Virus record (IMG/VR): IMGVR_UViG_3300049617_000306
Source of the DNA: a virus
Length of the DNA stretch: 64,000 bases
Strand: one strand, 5' to 3'
Positions 53,402-62,702 of this stretch are shown here, piece after piece (position 1 is the stretch's first letter; each line of letters starts with the position of its first letter). The notes below the pieces were generated by a model, which saw only the letters and a list, made by a program, of their open reading frames with translations, ran no database searches and was not told the origin of the DNA. The translations under genes and the position numbers were made by a program.

Positions 53402-56400
53402 CTAGATCGTGAGGGTCAAGCGAATGTAGTTGCAGGGGTAGGGCACGTCGAGCGTGACGTCGACGAGGACGGTGTCAGGCTCCGCGGTGTCCTGCACCAG
53501 GTTGTTCAGGTTGGCGCCGATGATGACGCCGGAGTCCGTGAGGAATCCGAGCAGACCCTGGATGACATGGCCCAGGGAGTCGAGGAAGCCCTGGGTGATG
53601 TTGAAGCGCCCGATGTAGTTCTTGAGGCCCTGCCTCATGAACTTCGCCACGAAGTCGACGACCTTCGTGATCGAGTCGGTGCGCGTCTCGATGGACGTCA
53701 TGTCCGTCGTCAGCGCCATGCGGCTGATGAGCGGAGCACCCGGGGTGTCCTGGACGATGATGTAGTTGCCGCCCGCAGCCATCACGTTGTACTGGCTGTT
53801 GCTGAAGCCCTTCACCGTTCCGTTGACGCCGGTGAAGCCGGTCATCGGGAAGTTGGTGAAGGACTGCTGCGGGGGCTGCTGAGCGATCATCCCCACGATG
53901 GCTGCGTTCAGGTAGAACGCGTCGATGAGCTCCTGGTTGCCGTTGATGGTGGCCGAACAAGTATCGGGGAACGTCGTCCACACGCGGCGGTCGGCGTAGC
54001 CCTGTGCGGTCTGCTGAACGGCGAGCGCGATGGCGTTGAGGTCCGGCGTCACGCCGTCGCTCAGCACCAGCTCTGCTCCGCGGATGCGGATGGCGAAGGG
54101 CTCGCTGATGAGGGGCAGCTCGAGCGGCGGAGCGGGGAATGTGCCGGAGTAGTAGAAGCCGTCGTCGTTCTGGCCGGGCAGGAAGCCAGTGGTCTGCAGG
54201 TACACGACCGTGCCGACTACGTTGACCGCCGAGTAGTGGTTGCCGTCGCCGATGTCGAGGAAGATGCCGTCCGAGACCGTGTAGGGGCCCGTGCCCGACA
54301 GCCCAGCCGCGAGGATGAGCGCGTCGAGGCCATGGATGCCCGTGTCGAACTGGTTGGTCGTCTGGGTCGAGTTGCCGTTGGTGCCCGAGGCGACCAGTGT
54401 GTCGAGCGCAGTGGTCGGAATGCTCGGGTTGATGACGACGATGCGCTCGCCCTTGTTGTCCGCCTCGCTCATCGTGTCGACGTGCGACTGGAAGACCTGG
54501 AAGACCGCAGGGTCGTGGGTCAGCGGCGCGATGGCGTAGACCTCGTAGCCCTCGAGGAACGTCGCAGCGCGGGTGAACGCGTCCACCGTGCCGAACGGCG
54601 AGCCACTGCTCACCGCGTCGACGCCGATGCCGACGACCGTGGTGCTCGGCGCGTTGATGAGCGCGAAGTACATGCCCAGGCCGAGGGGGTTGTCCGAGTC
54701 GATGGGACCCAGCTGCGAGAGCAGCGTGGTCGTGTCGCTGAAGGACAGCAGGCCGGGGCTCGCGGCCGCAGGCGACACGTCGAGGCGCAGTGCGCTGTAC
54801 TGCACGTACAGCTGCGCCATGGCCGGGTAGACCGGGGTGCCCTGGATGTTGCGCAGCACCTCGGGCTTGACCACGAAGTTGCCCGTCGAGGGGTTGACGA
54901 CGAGGTTGGGGTACGGGCGGGTCACGCCCGAGTTCGCGTTCAGCGCGTTGAGCTTCTTCGCGATGATGTACCAGGCCGTCCCGACATTGCTCGAGACCGG
55001 GACCTGGGTGTTGATCTTCAGCTGGTTGGTGTTACCGCCCGGCGCGACCTGCACGATGGTCGCGTAGTCGACGCCATCGATCCAGATCTCGTCACCGGGC
55101 AGCGGAGCGAAAGGCGCACCGCGCACGATGCCCGTAAGGGTGGAGAGACCAAGGGCGGTGAGCGCCGTGCCGCCGACGATGTTGAGCAGCGAGGTCACCC
55201 CGAGGGTGGTGTTCTGCAGCTTGAGGTTGCCCCCGGAGAGCGACGCCAGCGTCAGGCCGCCAGCGGCCGCACCGAAGAGAGCGTTGATCTGGGAGAGGAT
55301 CAGGGTGGGGGTAGTCGCGCTTTCGAAGGTGAGGGTCTGCTGACCGGTGCCGTCGTCGAGGATGAGGGTGAGCCCGTCGGCCACGCTCGTCAGCGCCGTG
55401 GTACCCACGACCGTCGCCTGCCCAGGCGCCGCGGAGAAGTTGGCGCCCGTGAACTGCAGCAAGGTGGTGACCGCCTGGCCGTTGCCCGCATTGATTGCAG
55501 CGACGCCAGCAGCGCCGGAGACAGTACCCGTCGTGAGACCGAGCGCGGTGTTCGCCGTGCCCGCGCCCGTGACGATGCTGGCGCCGGCACCGACCAGAGA
55601 GGTCGTGATCGACAGATAGTTCGTCGAGGCCGCCTCGATGGCGGTAGCGGCGGTGCCGATGACGGCGTTGATCTGGGCCAACGTGTTGGTGACGTTCGAA
55701 GCGGGCGCGAAGGTCACCGTGAGGGGGGACGAAGCGCCGTTGAAGGTCTCGATGAGCGTGAGCCCATCGAGCGTGCCTGCCGTGCCGCTGTAGGTCCCCG
55801 TGAGACCGAGCGCCGTGGAGGCCGGCGTCGTGGTGACCACGATGGAGCTGCTCGCACCGAGCACAGAGTCGGTGAGCTGGAGGTAGGTGGTGTTGAGCGA
55901 GGCCGTGAGCGTGGGCCACTGCGCCTCGATGGCCGCGAAGAGGGTCGACTCGCTGGCCGCGTTGCCCGTGCCGGACAGGACGAGCGAGGTCGCACCCGCA
56001 CCGTTCACGTTCAGGGTCAGCGAGGTCCCGTTGAGGGTGCCGCCGCTGCCGTAGAGCGCCCCGGAAGTAACGTTGGTGCTGCCCACGGCGGTGGCCGCAG
56101 TCGCGAAGGTGAGCCCCGCAAGCGATACGTTGCCCGTCTGGACAGCCGCCGTGCCGATGCCGTTCTGGAGGAAGCACTCGGTCTGCAGGAGCTCGAGCAG
56201 CGCGGTGCTCGAGTTGGCGCCGAGGTAGAGGAACGCGCGGACCGTGGACGGGTCGACGGAGAGGTAGTCGATGTTGTTGTTCGGGTCGGGAAAGCTCGCC
56301 GTGGTGATGGCAAGACTGTCCTGCGTGTAGCCAGCCGCGCCCGTGTACGTGCGGCCAGCACCGAAGCCGAAGGCCGTGAGGACCGCCTGGCTCGAGTCAG

Positions 56401-56857
56401 CGAGCACCTGGATGGACTGGTACTGGTTGCCGGCGAGCGAGCGAATGCGCCAGGCGTCGCCACTCTCCACCGTCTCGGCAACGTAGTCGACCTCGCCCGC
56501 GGCGCTGAACGCAGCCTGAACGGTCGCCACGACCTGCGCCGGCGACAGCGGCGAGCCCGCGAACACGACATCGAGCTCGGGGCCGTTGTTCAACGACAGC
56601 GCCAGCGTCAGACCGGTGAGCCCGGAATAAACGGGCGGGGTGCCCTCGGCAGCCGTGGCGAGCAGAATCGCATCGACAGGAACGAGCGCCTGAGGGTTGA
56701 TCGCCTGCGACCCCGTCGCAGTGGTCGTCAGTACGTCGATGACCTGCCAGCAAGCCCCCACGACGCACGGCACGAGCGTCGGCGTGATGACGGTCGGCGT
56801 GACGGTCTGGAAGACCTGGATGACTTCTACCCCGGGGCGGGGAAGCTCTGCGGCCAT
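53402..56857 (-). CDS. contractile tail sheath protein
   Basis: RPGVEVIQ start; SHVDTMS...KGER, QQSFTN, LDVPYPCNYIRLTL end. Confidence 0.9.
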   Translation of the reverse strand: MAAELPRPGVEVIQVFQTVTPTVITPTLVPCVVGACWQVIDVLTTTATGSQAINPQALVPVDAILLATAAEGTPPVYSGLTGLTLALSLNNGPELDVVFAGSPLSPAQVVATVQAAFSAAGEVDYVAETVESGDAWRIRSLAGNQYQSIQVLADSSQAVLTAFGFGAGRTYTGAAGYTQDSLAITTASFPDPNNNIDYLSVDPSTVRAFLYLGANSSTALLELLQTECFLQNGIGTAAVQTGNVSLAGLTFATAATAVGSTNVTSGALYGSGGTLNGTSLTLNVNGAGATSLVLSGTGNAASESTLFAAIEAQWPTLTASLNTTYLQLTDSVLGASSSIVVTTTPASTALGLTGTYSGTAGTLDGLTLIETFNGASSPLTVTFAPASNVTNTLAQINAVIGTAATAIEAASTNYLSITTSLVGAGASIVTGAGTANTALGLTTGTVSGAAGVAAINAGNGQAVTTLLQFTGANFSAAPGQATVVGTTALTSVADGLTLILDDGTGQQTLTFESATTPTLILSQINALFGAAAGGLTLASLSGGNLKLQNTTLGVTSLLNIVGGTALTALGLSTLTGIVRGAPFAPLPGDEIWIDGVDYATIVQVAPGGNTNQLKINTQVPVSSNVGTAWYIIAKKLNALNANSGVTRPYPNLVVNPSTGNFVVKPEVLRNIQGTPVYPAMAQLYVQYSALRLDVSPAAASPGLLSFSDTTTLLSQLGPIDSDNPLGLGMYFALINAPSTTVVGIGVDAVSSGSPFGTVDAFTRAATFLEGYEVYAIAPLTHDPAVFQVFQSHVDTMSEADNKGERIVVINPSIPTTALDTLVASGTNGNSTQTTNQFDTGIHGLDALILAAGLSGTGPYTVSDGIFLDIGDGNHYSAVNVVGTVVYLQTTGFLPGQNDDGFYYSGTFPAPPLELPLISEPFAIRIRGAELVLSDGVTPDLNAIALAVQQTAQGYADRRVWTTFPDTCSATINGNQELIDAFYLNAAIVGMIAQQPPQQSFTNFPMTGFTGVNGTVKGFSNSQYNVMAAGGNYIIVQDTPGAPLISRMALTTDMTSIETRTDSITKVVDFVAKFMRQGLKNYIGRFNITQGFLDSLGHVIQGLLGFLTDSGVIIGANLNNLVQDTAEPDTVLVDVTLDVPYPCNYIRLTLTI

Positions 56858-56875
56858 GCTCAGCTGCTCCTTCTC

Positions 56876-57853
56876 TCAGACCTTGATGACTGTGCTGTTG
56901 CCGGCGACATGCGTATCCATCGGGCTACCGCATGATTGTTCCACGGCCGGTTGGGCAATGGGAATAGCTCGACCTCCCATTCCTGGTGGGCGCACCGCTG
57001 GACTGTTCGGCCGCGACGAGCGAATGGTGACCCGCTGCGCGGGATTGAGCGGATGCGGTACTGTTCTCAGAACAGGTGCAGGACTTCCAGCGTCAGGTGT
57101 TCCACCGTACGCGTCACTCGCCGCAGGTGCGAACGCTGGGGGGCGATGTCCCTGCACCAGGTAAGGAGAACCCGGCGCAGGTGAATCGATGGGGCCCTGC
57201 TGCTGGTTGACGCGAGTCAGTCTCTCGCGGATAGCGATACTGACGTCCTTCACGATCCGCTTGCCCAGAGGACTGAACTGCGATGTGCGGTAGAACTGGA
57301 AGGGGCACGTGACCGCGGTGAGATACCACTCGTCCCCGCTGTCGCCGGCGATGATGGAGCCCGCGGGCGAGGGCGAGCCGATAGCCGGCTGCCGGCCGAT
57401 CTCGAAGAAGCCCGCCTGCATCAGCATCTCGCGGTGCAGCCACAGCTGCTCGGCGCAGATCCACGCAATGCGCTCACACTCGAGTGGCACCCGCGAGCAG
57501 CAGTTGATGACCATCGTGCCGGGCACCAGTACGGACTTCTTCTTGGTGCCTGTGCGGAAGTCGTAGTCCAGCATGTCGTCGAGGCCGAGCGTGTAGAACT
57601 GGATGGGCCCCCGCGTGCAGGCAATGGAAGGACGCTGGCCGATGGTCTCGGCCTTCATCACGTTCTCGTCGGAGATGTAGATCTCCGAGTTCTCGTCGTA
57701 CTGGTCCCAGTGGTAGGCGCCGTTGGGGGCCGCGCTGAACAGCCCCTGGAAGAACCCGACGAAGAGCGTGCGAACGTGCTCGAGCGGCGAGTACTTGAAG
57801 CTGTCCTCGGGGAACGCTCCGTTAGCGTTTGTGGTCGGGATCTTCGGAGGCAC
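56876..57853 (-). CDS. probable tail terminator/completion protein
   Basis: RPSIACTRGP, INCCSRVPLECERIA; directly upstream of the sheath gene. Confidence 0.55.
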   Translation of the reverse strand: MPPKIPTTNANGAFPEDSFKYSPLEHVRTLFVGFFQGLFSAAPNGAYHWDQYDENSEIYISDENVMKAETIGQRPSIACTRGPIQFYTLGLDDMLDYDFRTGTKKKSVLVPGTMVINCCSRVPLECERIAWICAEQLWLHREMLMQAGFFEIGRQPAIGSPSPAGSIIAGDSGDEWYLTAVTCPFQFYRTSQFSPLGKRIVKDVSIAIRERLTRVNQQQGPIDSPAPGSPYLVQGHRPPAFAPAASDAYGGTPDAGSPAPVLRTVPHPLNPAQRVTIRSSRPNSPAVRPPGMGGRAIPIAQPAVEQSCGSPMDTHVAGNSTVIKV

Positions 57854-58181
57854 GGCGTAGCTGCTCCATCTGGTGGGCTTGAGCGAGATTGTACGCTAGG
57901 CCGAGCCCACCCCCAATGACGGGAGCTGCATACATGAGCGCCGAGTGCGGGATGCCTGTGTTGCCCGGGGGGCCGAACTTCTTGTAGCCCTCGTTCGCCA
58001 GATGCGCAGCGCCCGCGCCCGCGAGCGTACCAGCGCCCATGCCGAGCACGCCTGCGAGCATGGGCTTGAGCGGATGAGGCTTCGGCTGTTGAGGCTTCGG
58101 CTGCGCCTCGTCCTCCGCCAGCTTGCAGAGGGCGGCCGCTTCTTCTCTCGGCAAGTAGGAGAACAAGGTGGGAGCGTTCAC
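57822..58181 (-). CDS. glycine-zipper protein with KxA motif
   Basis: LCKLAE; GVLGMGAGTLAG. Confidence 0.55.
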   Translation of the reverse strand: MNAPTLFSYLPREEAAALCKLAEDEAQPKPQQPKPHPLKPMLAGVLGMGAGTLAGAGAAHLANEGYKKFGPPGNTGIPHSALMYAAPVIGGGLGLAYNLAQAHQMEQLRRASEDPDHKR

Positions 58182-59098
58182 TTGTTTGGGTCCGAGTAGG
58201 TGGTGGGGTAGAGGCTGTAGATGCCGGGGATCTCGTTGTCCATGAACGACTCGAGGTTCTGCGGGTTGGAGTAGTTCCTCGAGGGGTTGAGCCAGAGGTC
58301 CGACAGCGCCTCCTGCAAGTTGAGGGGAATGGCGAACTCGATGTCCTTGGGCGGCACCTCGTGCAGCTGCACCTCCTGGTGCACAGCCGCGCGGCCTTGC
58401 TCGGTCTGGTTGACCTGCACCACGCGCCAGCGCCGGTTCTCCGGCTCGACGAGAACATCGCGTGGCTTGAGCGGGGGATAGTACGCCAGCCGCGCTGTTG
58501 TATTGACCTGCTGCTGGGCACCTACGTTGGTGTTCTGCTCGCTCTTGGCTGAGGGGTCCATCTGCACCCAGGACTCGATGGGCGACAAGTACCCGCGCAC
58601 GAAGCCGGTGTCGTAGCAGAGCTGGCAGCCCGACCGCGTGCGTGACCGCAGCTTGGGGTTCCAGCAGCTGCACCGCTGACCGAACGTGCGCGCGGGCAAG
58701 ACCCAGCAGCGCCGGCCCGCGAACTCTCGGAAGAGCAGCTGCATGTGCCTGCGTAGCTCGAGCGCGATGAGGTCGGGGTCGGGGTCCTTGGCGACAGGTA
58801 GGCCGTCCGCGCCCCCGAAGACCTGCTGGCTGCCCGTCGGCAGGTTGGTGACGAGCAGCTGGTAGAAGTACTTCCGCCAGCGGTGACCAGACCGCAGCGT
58901 GTTGTCGATGTACGAGTACTTGTCCTGGAAGGGCGCCGAGAGGTTGTCGAACGGACCGCTCGGTGACTCGCTGCGCTGAACCTGGAAGTTGTAGTCGAGG
59001 ACGTCCTCGCTCGTGTCCGCGAGCTCCCACGTCAGCTCATTGAAGTCGATGTCCAACGAGCGGACGCGAAACTCCTGAATGGCGATCTGGACGCCCAC
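58178..59098 (-). CDS. probable neck/head-closure protein with Zn finger
   Basis: FN3-like N-terminus; GQRCSCW...CQLCYDTGFVRGY...DVLVE..NRRWRV. Confidence 0.6.
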   Translation of the reverse strand: MGVQIAIQEFRVRSLDIDFNELTWELADTSEDVLDYNFQVQRSESPSGPFDNLSAPFQDKYSYIDNTLRSGHRWRKYFYQLLVTNLPTGSQQVFGGADGLPVAKDPDPDLIALELRRHMQLLFREFAGRRCWVLPARTFGQRCSCWNPKLRSRTRSGCQLCYDTGFVRGYLSPIESWVQMDPSAKSEQNTNVGAQQQVNTTARLAYYPPLKPRDVLVEPENRRWRVVQVNQTEQGRAAVHQEVQLHEVPPKDIEFAIPLNLQEALSDLWLNPSRNYSNPQNLESFMDNEIPGIYSLYPTTYSDPNK

Positions 59099-59102
59099 GA
59101 CC

Positions 59103-60377
59103 TTAGCCGGCCATCGCGTTCAGCCCGCGCTGGGCCGCATCACCCGCACGCTGAACCACACCCGACATCGGGGTGCCCACGCTGCCCGGGAGCCTGCTCG
59201 CCAGCATGTTGCCCCCACGCGTGACGGCATTGACCCCGGCGTGCGCCGTGTTCTTGGCCGCCTGCCCCAGCCCTTGCCCGGCGACCATGCGCCCGCCGAC
59301 ACCGCTGGCCGCGCCGCCCAGGGCAGCCCCACCGAGAGCTCCGCCCGCCGCGCCCGAGAGGCGGTGACCTGGGCCGCCGGCAAGCGCCCCACCCGCCGCG
59401 CCGAGGCCTGCGCCGGCAACGGCGCCCGCGGTGCCCGGGTTCTTCATCGCCCAGCCGCCGACCGTCTTGGCCAGCCCGCCCCAGTTGAGGGCGACCTTGG
59501 CCATGACCGCGCCCGCCGCGCGCCCGGTCTCCTCGAGCGACTGCGCGTGTGCCGCCTTCTCGAGATCTTGGCGGGCGAGGTCGCGGCCGAGTCCATCGGC
59601 GAAGGCCAGCAGGGCCTCGGCCGAGAGCATCTCACCGAGCGACGCCTTCTTGTGCAGCACCTCTTGAACGCGCCGGTCACCCAGCGCTTTCTCGGCCGTG
59701 CGGTTCGCTGTGTCAGCGAGCTGCGCAACACGACCGGTCGGCCCGCGGTGCCTTGCCAGAGTGCGCCCCATCTCGTTCTGGAAGTCGCGTACGCGGTCTT
59801 CACCGGCACCATTGCGAACGGCTGCACCCACCCGCCGCTTCACCCAGCTATGGCTAACAGCCGTCTTCGCAACACCCCCACCCAGCCCCTGCGAGTCATC
59901 TTGCACGCCCTCGGCGGGGACAGGCCCGGGAGCGCCAGCACCCTGCGCGGGCTCGCCCAGAGGGGCGGCGGGAGCACCACCGGACTCCTGCTTGGCCAGC
60001 GTGAGCTCGAGCAAGCGCTTCTTCAGGCGGAGCTTGTCGCGCATCTGCCACACGTCGCCCTCGGCGCGGCGCTCCTCGTCGCGCTGCTGCTGCAGCATGT
60101 CGAGCTGCAGCTCCTCCTGCTCGAGGGCCATGGCCTGGTCGAACAGGGGCGTGCCCTTGAAGTGATCGAGGAAGGAGAACTCGCCAGCCTTCACCGCACC
60201 AGGAGCGGGCGCCTCCGCACCCCACGCGCGCTTGTAAAGCTCCGCAGCGGGCGTGCCGTCGGCAAGCTTGCGCAGCTCGGCGGCAGGCAGCTTCGCAAGC
60301 ATCCCTTCGAGCCCAGAGTTCGCCTGCTTCGTCAGCTCCTGCTCGTAGGCCACCTTGAGGAATGTATCGAGCATCAC
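59103..60377 (-). CDS. putative head-internal protein with many KxA motifs and glycine zippers
   Basis: KVA, KQA, KLA, KRA, KTA, KKA, KAA, KVA. Confidence 0.65.
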   Translation of the reverse strand: MMLDTFLKVAYEQELTKQANSGLEGMLAKLPAAELRKLADGTPAAELYKRAWGAEAPAPGAVKAGEFSFLDHFKGTPLFDQAMALEQEELQLDMLQQQRDEERRAEGDVWQMRDKLRLKKRLLELTLAKQESGGAPAAPLGEPAQGAGAPGPVPAEGVQDDSQGLGGGVAKTAVSHSWVKRRVGAAVRNGAGEDRVRDFQNEMGRTLARHRGPTGRVAQLADTANRTAEKALGDRRVQEVLHKKASLGEMLSAEALLAFADGLGRDLARQDLEKAAHAQSLEETGRAAGAVMAKVALNWGGLAKTVGGWAMKNPGTAGAVAGAGLGAAGGALAGGPGHRLSGAAGGALGGAALGGAASGVGGRMVAGQGLGQAAKNTAHAGVNAVTRGGNMLASRLPGSVGTPMSGVVQRAGDAAQRGLNAMAG

Positions 60378-60784
60378 GCAGCTCCCTTGTTCTTACCGAG
60401 GATCGTTTTGATGTCCCGCCACGCACCTGGCGCATGCGACGCCTGGCGCTTCACCGACGCCACGAACTCAGGCCCCGTGGACAGGCCGGTCATGGCGCCC
60501 GTAAGCGCGCCCGCGCCCGCAGCAACACCGGGGTGTTCCTTGGCGAAGTCCGCAAGCAGAAGTCTTCCCTTGGACTGCGCCAGGTTGAGCGTGGCACCCA
60601 GGCCGCGATTGGGCTCGGCTTCGAGCTTCTCGACCTTCTGACGCAGCGGCTCGTTGCTGCCACGCGATTCGACGTAACCGAGCCCCGCACCGATGCCCGC
60701 GCCGACGGCAGCATGGGGGAGCCGCGGCAGGAGCCTGCCGACCTGCGTGTCGACCATGTCGCGGAGGGTGGCTACTTTTGCCAC
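60374..60784 (-). CDS. glycine-zipper protein, probably a -1 frameshift extension of the upstream gene
   Basis: GAGIGAGLG, GAGALTG; in the -1 frame after C CCA AAA. Confidence 0.6.
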   Translation of the reverse strand: MAKVATLRDMVDTQVGRLLPRLPHAAVGAGIGAGLGYVESRGSNEPLRQKVEKLEAEPNRGLGATLNLAQSKGRLLLADFAKEHPGVAAGAGALTGAMTGLSTGPEFVASVKRQASHAPGAWRDIKTILGKNKGAA

Positions 60785-60799
60785 CGCGCTGCTTTTGGG
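60767..60799 (-). other. programmed -1 ribosomal frameshift signal
   Basis: in-frame C CCA AAA, 7-nt spacer, GGTGGC/GCCACC stem. Confidence 0.55.
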
Positions 60800-62103
60800 A
60801 GGTAGTGCGACAAGACCTCCTTCGGGGAGTTGATGGACTTGCTGTCGCCGGTCGGCTCCTGCTGCTCCATCTTCGTGGTGGGCGCGGCGCCGCCGAACAT
60901 GGGCTCGTTGCTGCTGGCCGGCGTCGAGACGGTGTCGTCACCCGTCGGCGCCATGCCCGCCGGTGGAACACCAGGGTTGGGCGCGCCGCCTGCGGGGCCG
61001 TTGGTGGGTGAAGGGGCGCTGCTTGCACCCGCTGCCTGACTGGCCGCGGCATTGGCTGCGTCGGTGGCCGGGGTGGGGGTGAGCGGGGGGGGCTCGGCCG
61101 AGGCGGCCTCGAGAAGCGTGCCACGCAGCTGCTGGAAGGCCATGCGCATCGCGGCCGCGGTCTGCTGCTGTTGAAGCACCTGATCCTGCGCAGCCATCGC
61201 CTTCGCCGTCGAGTCGGCGACCGTTGCCTGGATCTGCTGCATCTGCTGGTCGTGCATCGCCTGCGCCTGCTCGAGCTGCGCAGTCTGCTCCTCCTTCGCC
61301 TGCAGCTCGGCCTGCGCCTCCTGCAGCTTCTGGCGCAAGAACGCGGCCTGGTTCTCCTGCCCCGCGGCCTCCGCAGCTTCCTCCTGAGCAAGGTACTCCT
61401 GCATCGCGGGGTCGATGGCCGGCTCGATGGGCTGGCCCGGCTTAGGTGCAGGGGCGGCGTTCGAAGGGGCAGGCTCCTGCTGCTCCATGGAGCTCGAGAG
61501 CCCGCCGTCGAGCAGGGCGAGCTTGAAGGCGGCAGCGGCCTTCTCGTGCGCGTGCCGGTCGAGAGCAGCACCGGCACCGCGACCAGCCTTGCCCCCCATG
61601 TGCTGGCCGAGGGCGACGCCGCCGAGCGTGGCCATCGGGTTGCCCTTGCCGTAGCGGTGCATTGCAGCGCCACCCGCAAGCGCACCGAGGGTGCGTCCCA
61701 CGGCGTCACCCGTGCGCTCCTTACCGTGCGCCTTGTCCTTCTCGAACTCTGCGCTGATGGAGGCCTTCGCGCGCTCCTTGCCCGTGTCCTCGGGGCTCTT
61801 GTACGAGGCCGCCATCTTCGCGCCCGTCTGCATCCCCTGCGCAGTGGGAGGCAGGGGTGGGGGCGGAGTGGCTTGCATGTTCTGACCACGGCCCGTGGGA
61901 GGCAACATGCCGGGAGAGGGGGGCATGGCGCCACCGGCGCCCATCGCGACCTTGAGCGCGGTACGGTCGTCCTCGGTCAGGTCGGCGAACGCCGCCTCGA
62001 GGTCGGCGACCGTGGCCGCCTTGTCCTTGCCGCGCACGCGGAGGAAGAAGTCCGCAGCCTCTTCGAGCGGGATGCCGTTGAGCAGACTGGTCTCGAAGTC
62101 CAT
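60772..62103 (-). CDS. putative head-internal protein with Q/A coiled coil
   Basis: KAA, KVA, KMA, KLA motifs. Confidence 0.65.
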   Translation of the reverse strand: MDFETSLLNGIPLEEAADFFLRVRGKDKAATVADLEAAFADLTEDDRTALKVAMGAGGAMPPSPGMLPPTGRGQNMQATPPPPLPPTAQGMQTGAKMAASYKSPEDTGKERAKASISAEFEKDKAHGKERTGDAVGRTLGALAGGAAMHRYGKGNPMATLGGVALGQHMGGKAGRGAGAALDRHAHEKAAAAFKLALLDGGLSSSMEQQEPAPSNAAPAPKPGQPIEPAIDPAMQEYLAQEEAAEAAGQENQAAFLRQKLQEAQAELQAKEEQTAQLEQAQAMHDQQMQQIQATVADSTAKAMAAQDQVLQQQQTAAAMRMAFQQLRGTLLEAASAEPPPLTPTPATDAANAAASQAAGASSAPSPTNGPAGGAPNPGVPPAGMAPTGDDTVSTPASSNEPMFGGAAPTTKMEQQEPTGDSKSINSPKEVLSHYLPKAARWQK

Positions 62104-62106
62104 CCC

Positions 62107-62643
62107 TCACTCCCAGGTGTATACGTTGTGCATGTTGTCGTTACCCGAGTACGCCCAGGTCCAGCAGGGCGCCGTGGCGCTGACGACCGCCGGCTTGTAG
62201 ATCTTGCCGACCATGGCGTTGTTGTCGTCGAGACCGAGCAGCGAGTTGGCCGTGCCCGCCGCAGAGATGGTCACACCCGACGCAGGGGTGGCCTCGATGA
62301 AGAGCAGGTTCTGCTCGGGGGTGAGCAGCACCTTCACCGCGGGGATGGCTGCTTCCACCTGCGCCGCGATGTCCTTGTAGAACAACGTGTAGGGGTCGGG
62401 GTTGGTACCCGGCGGCACCGCAGTGCCGGAGCCGATGTTAGACTTCACGAAGGTGACAGTCACCGCTGAGGGGCTGGTGAAGATGAGCGTCGTGCCGACG
62501 AGGCCTGCGATGCCCACCATGTTGCCCGCAGGCACGCTGCCCCCGGAGGTGCCCTTGTTGATCGAGCCGCCGACGACACCGCCGTTGAGGAAGTTCAGGG
62601 CGTCCTCGATGCGACGGAACTTGTAGAGCTTGTTGGCAGACAT
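62107..62643 (-). CDS. virion structural protein
   Basis: GTTLIFT...GTANSLLGL resembles the sheath insert repeats. Confidence 0.55.
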   Translation of the reverse strand: MSANKLYKFRRIEDALNFLNGGVVGGSINKGTSGGSVPAGNMVGIAGLVGTTLIFTSPSAVTVTFVKSNIGSGTAVPPGTNPDPYTLFYKDIAAQVEAAIPAVKVLLTPEQNLLFIEATPASGVTISAAGTANSLLGLDDNNAMVGKIYKPAVVSATAPCWTWAYSGNDNMHNVYTWE

Positions 62644-62660
62644 CTTGATCTCGCTCGGGG

Positions 62661-62698
62661 GCTAAAAAAGTAGACTGGGGCTCGCGGCCCCAGTCTAC
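62661..62698 (-). terminator. hairpin followed by TTTTTTAGC
   Basis: GTAGACTGGGG/CCCCAGTCTAC 11-bp stem. Confidence 0.8.
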
Positions 62699-62702
62699 CA
62701 GC

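Noticed and set aside
53198-56935. 1245-aa plus-strand ORF and many other long antisense ORFs
   Set aside because: Shadow frames of high-GC minus-strand genes; R/G/V-rich with no recognisable motifs.
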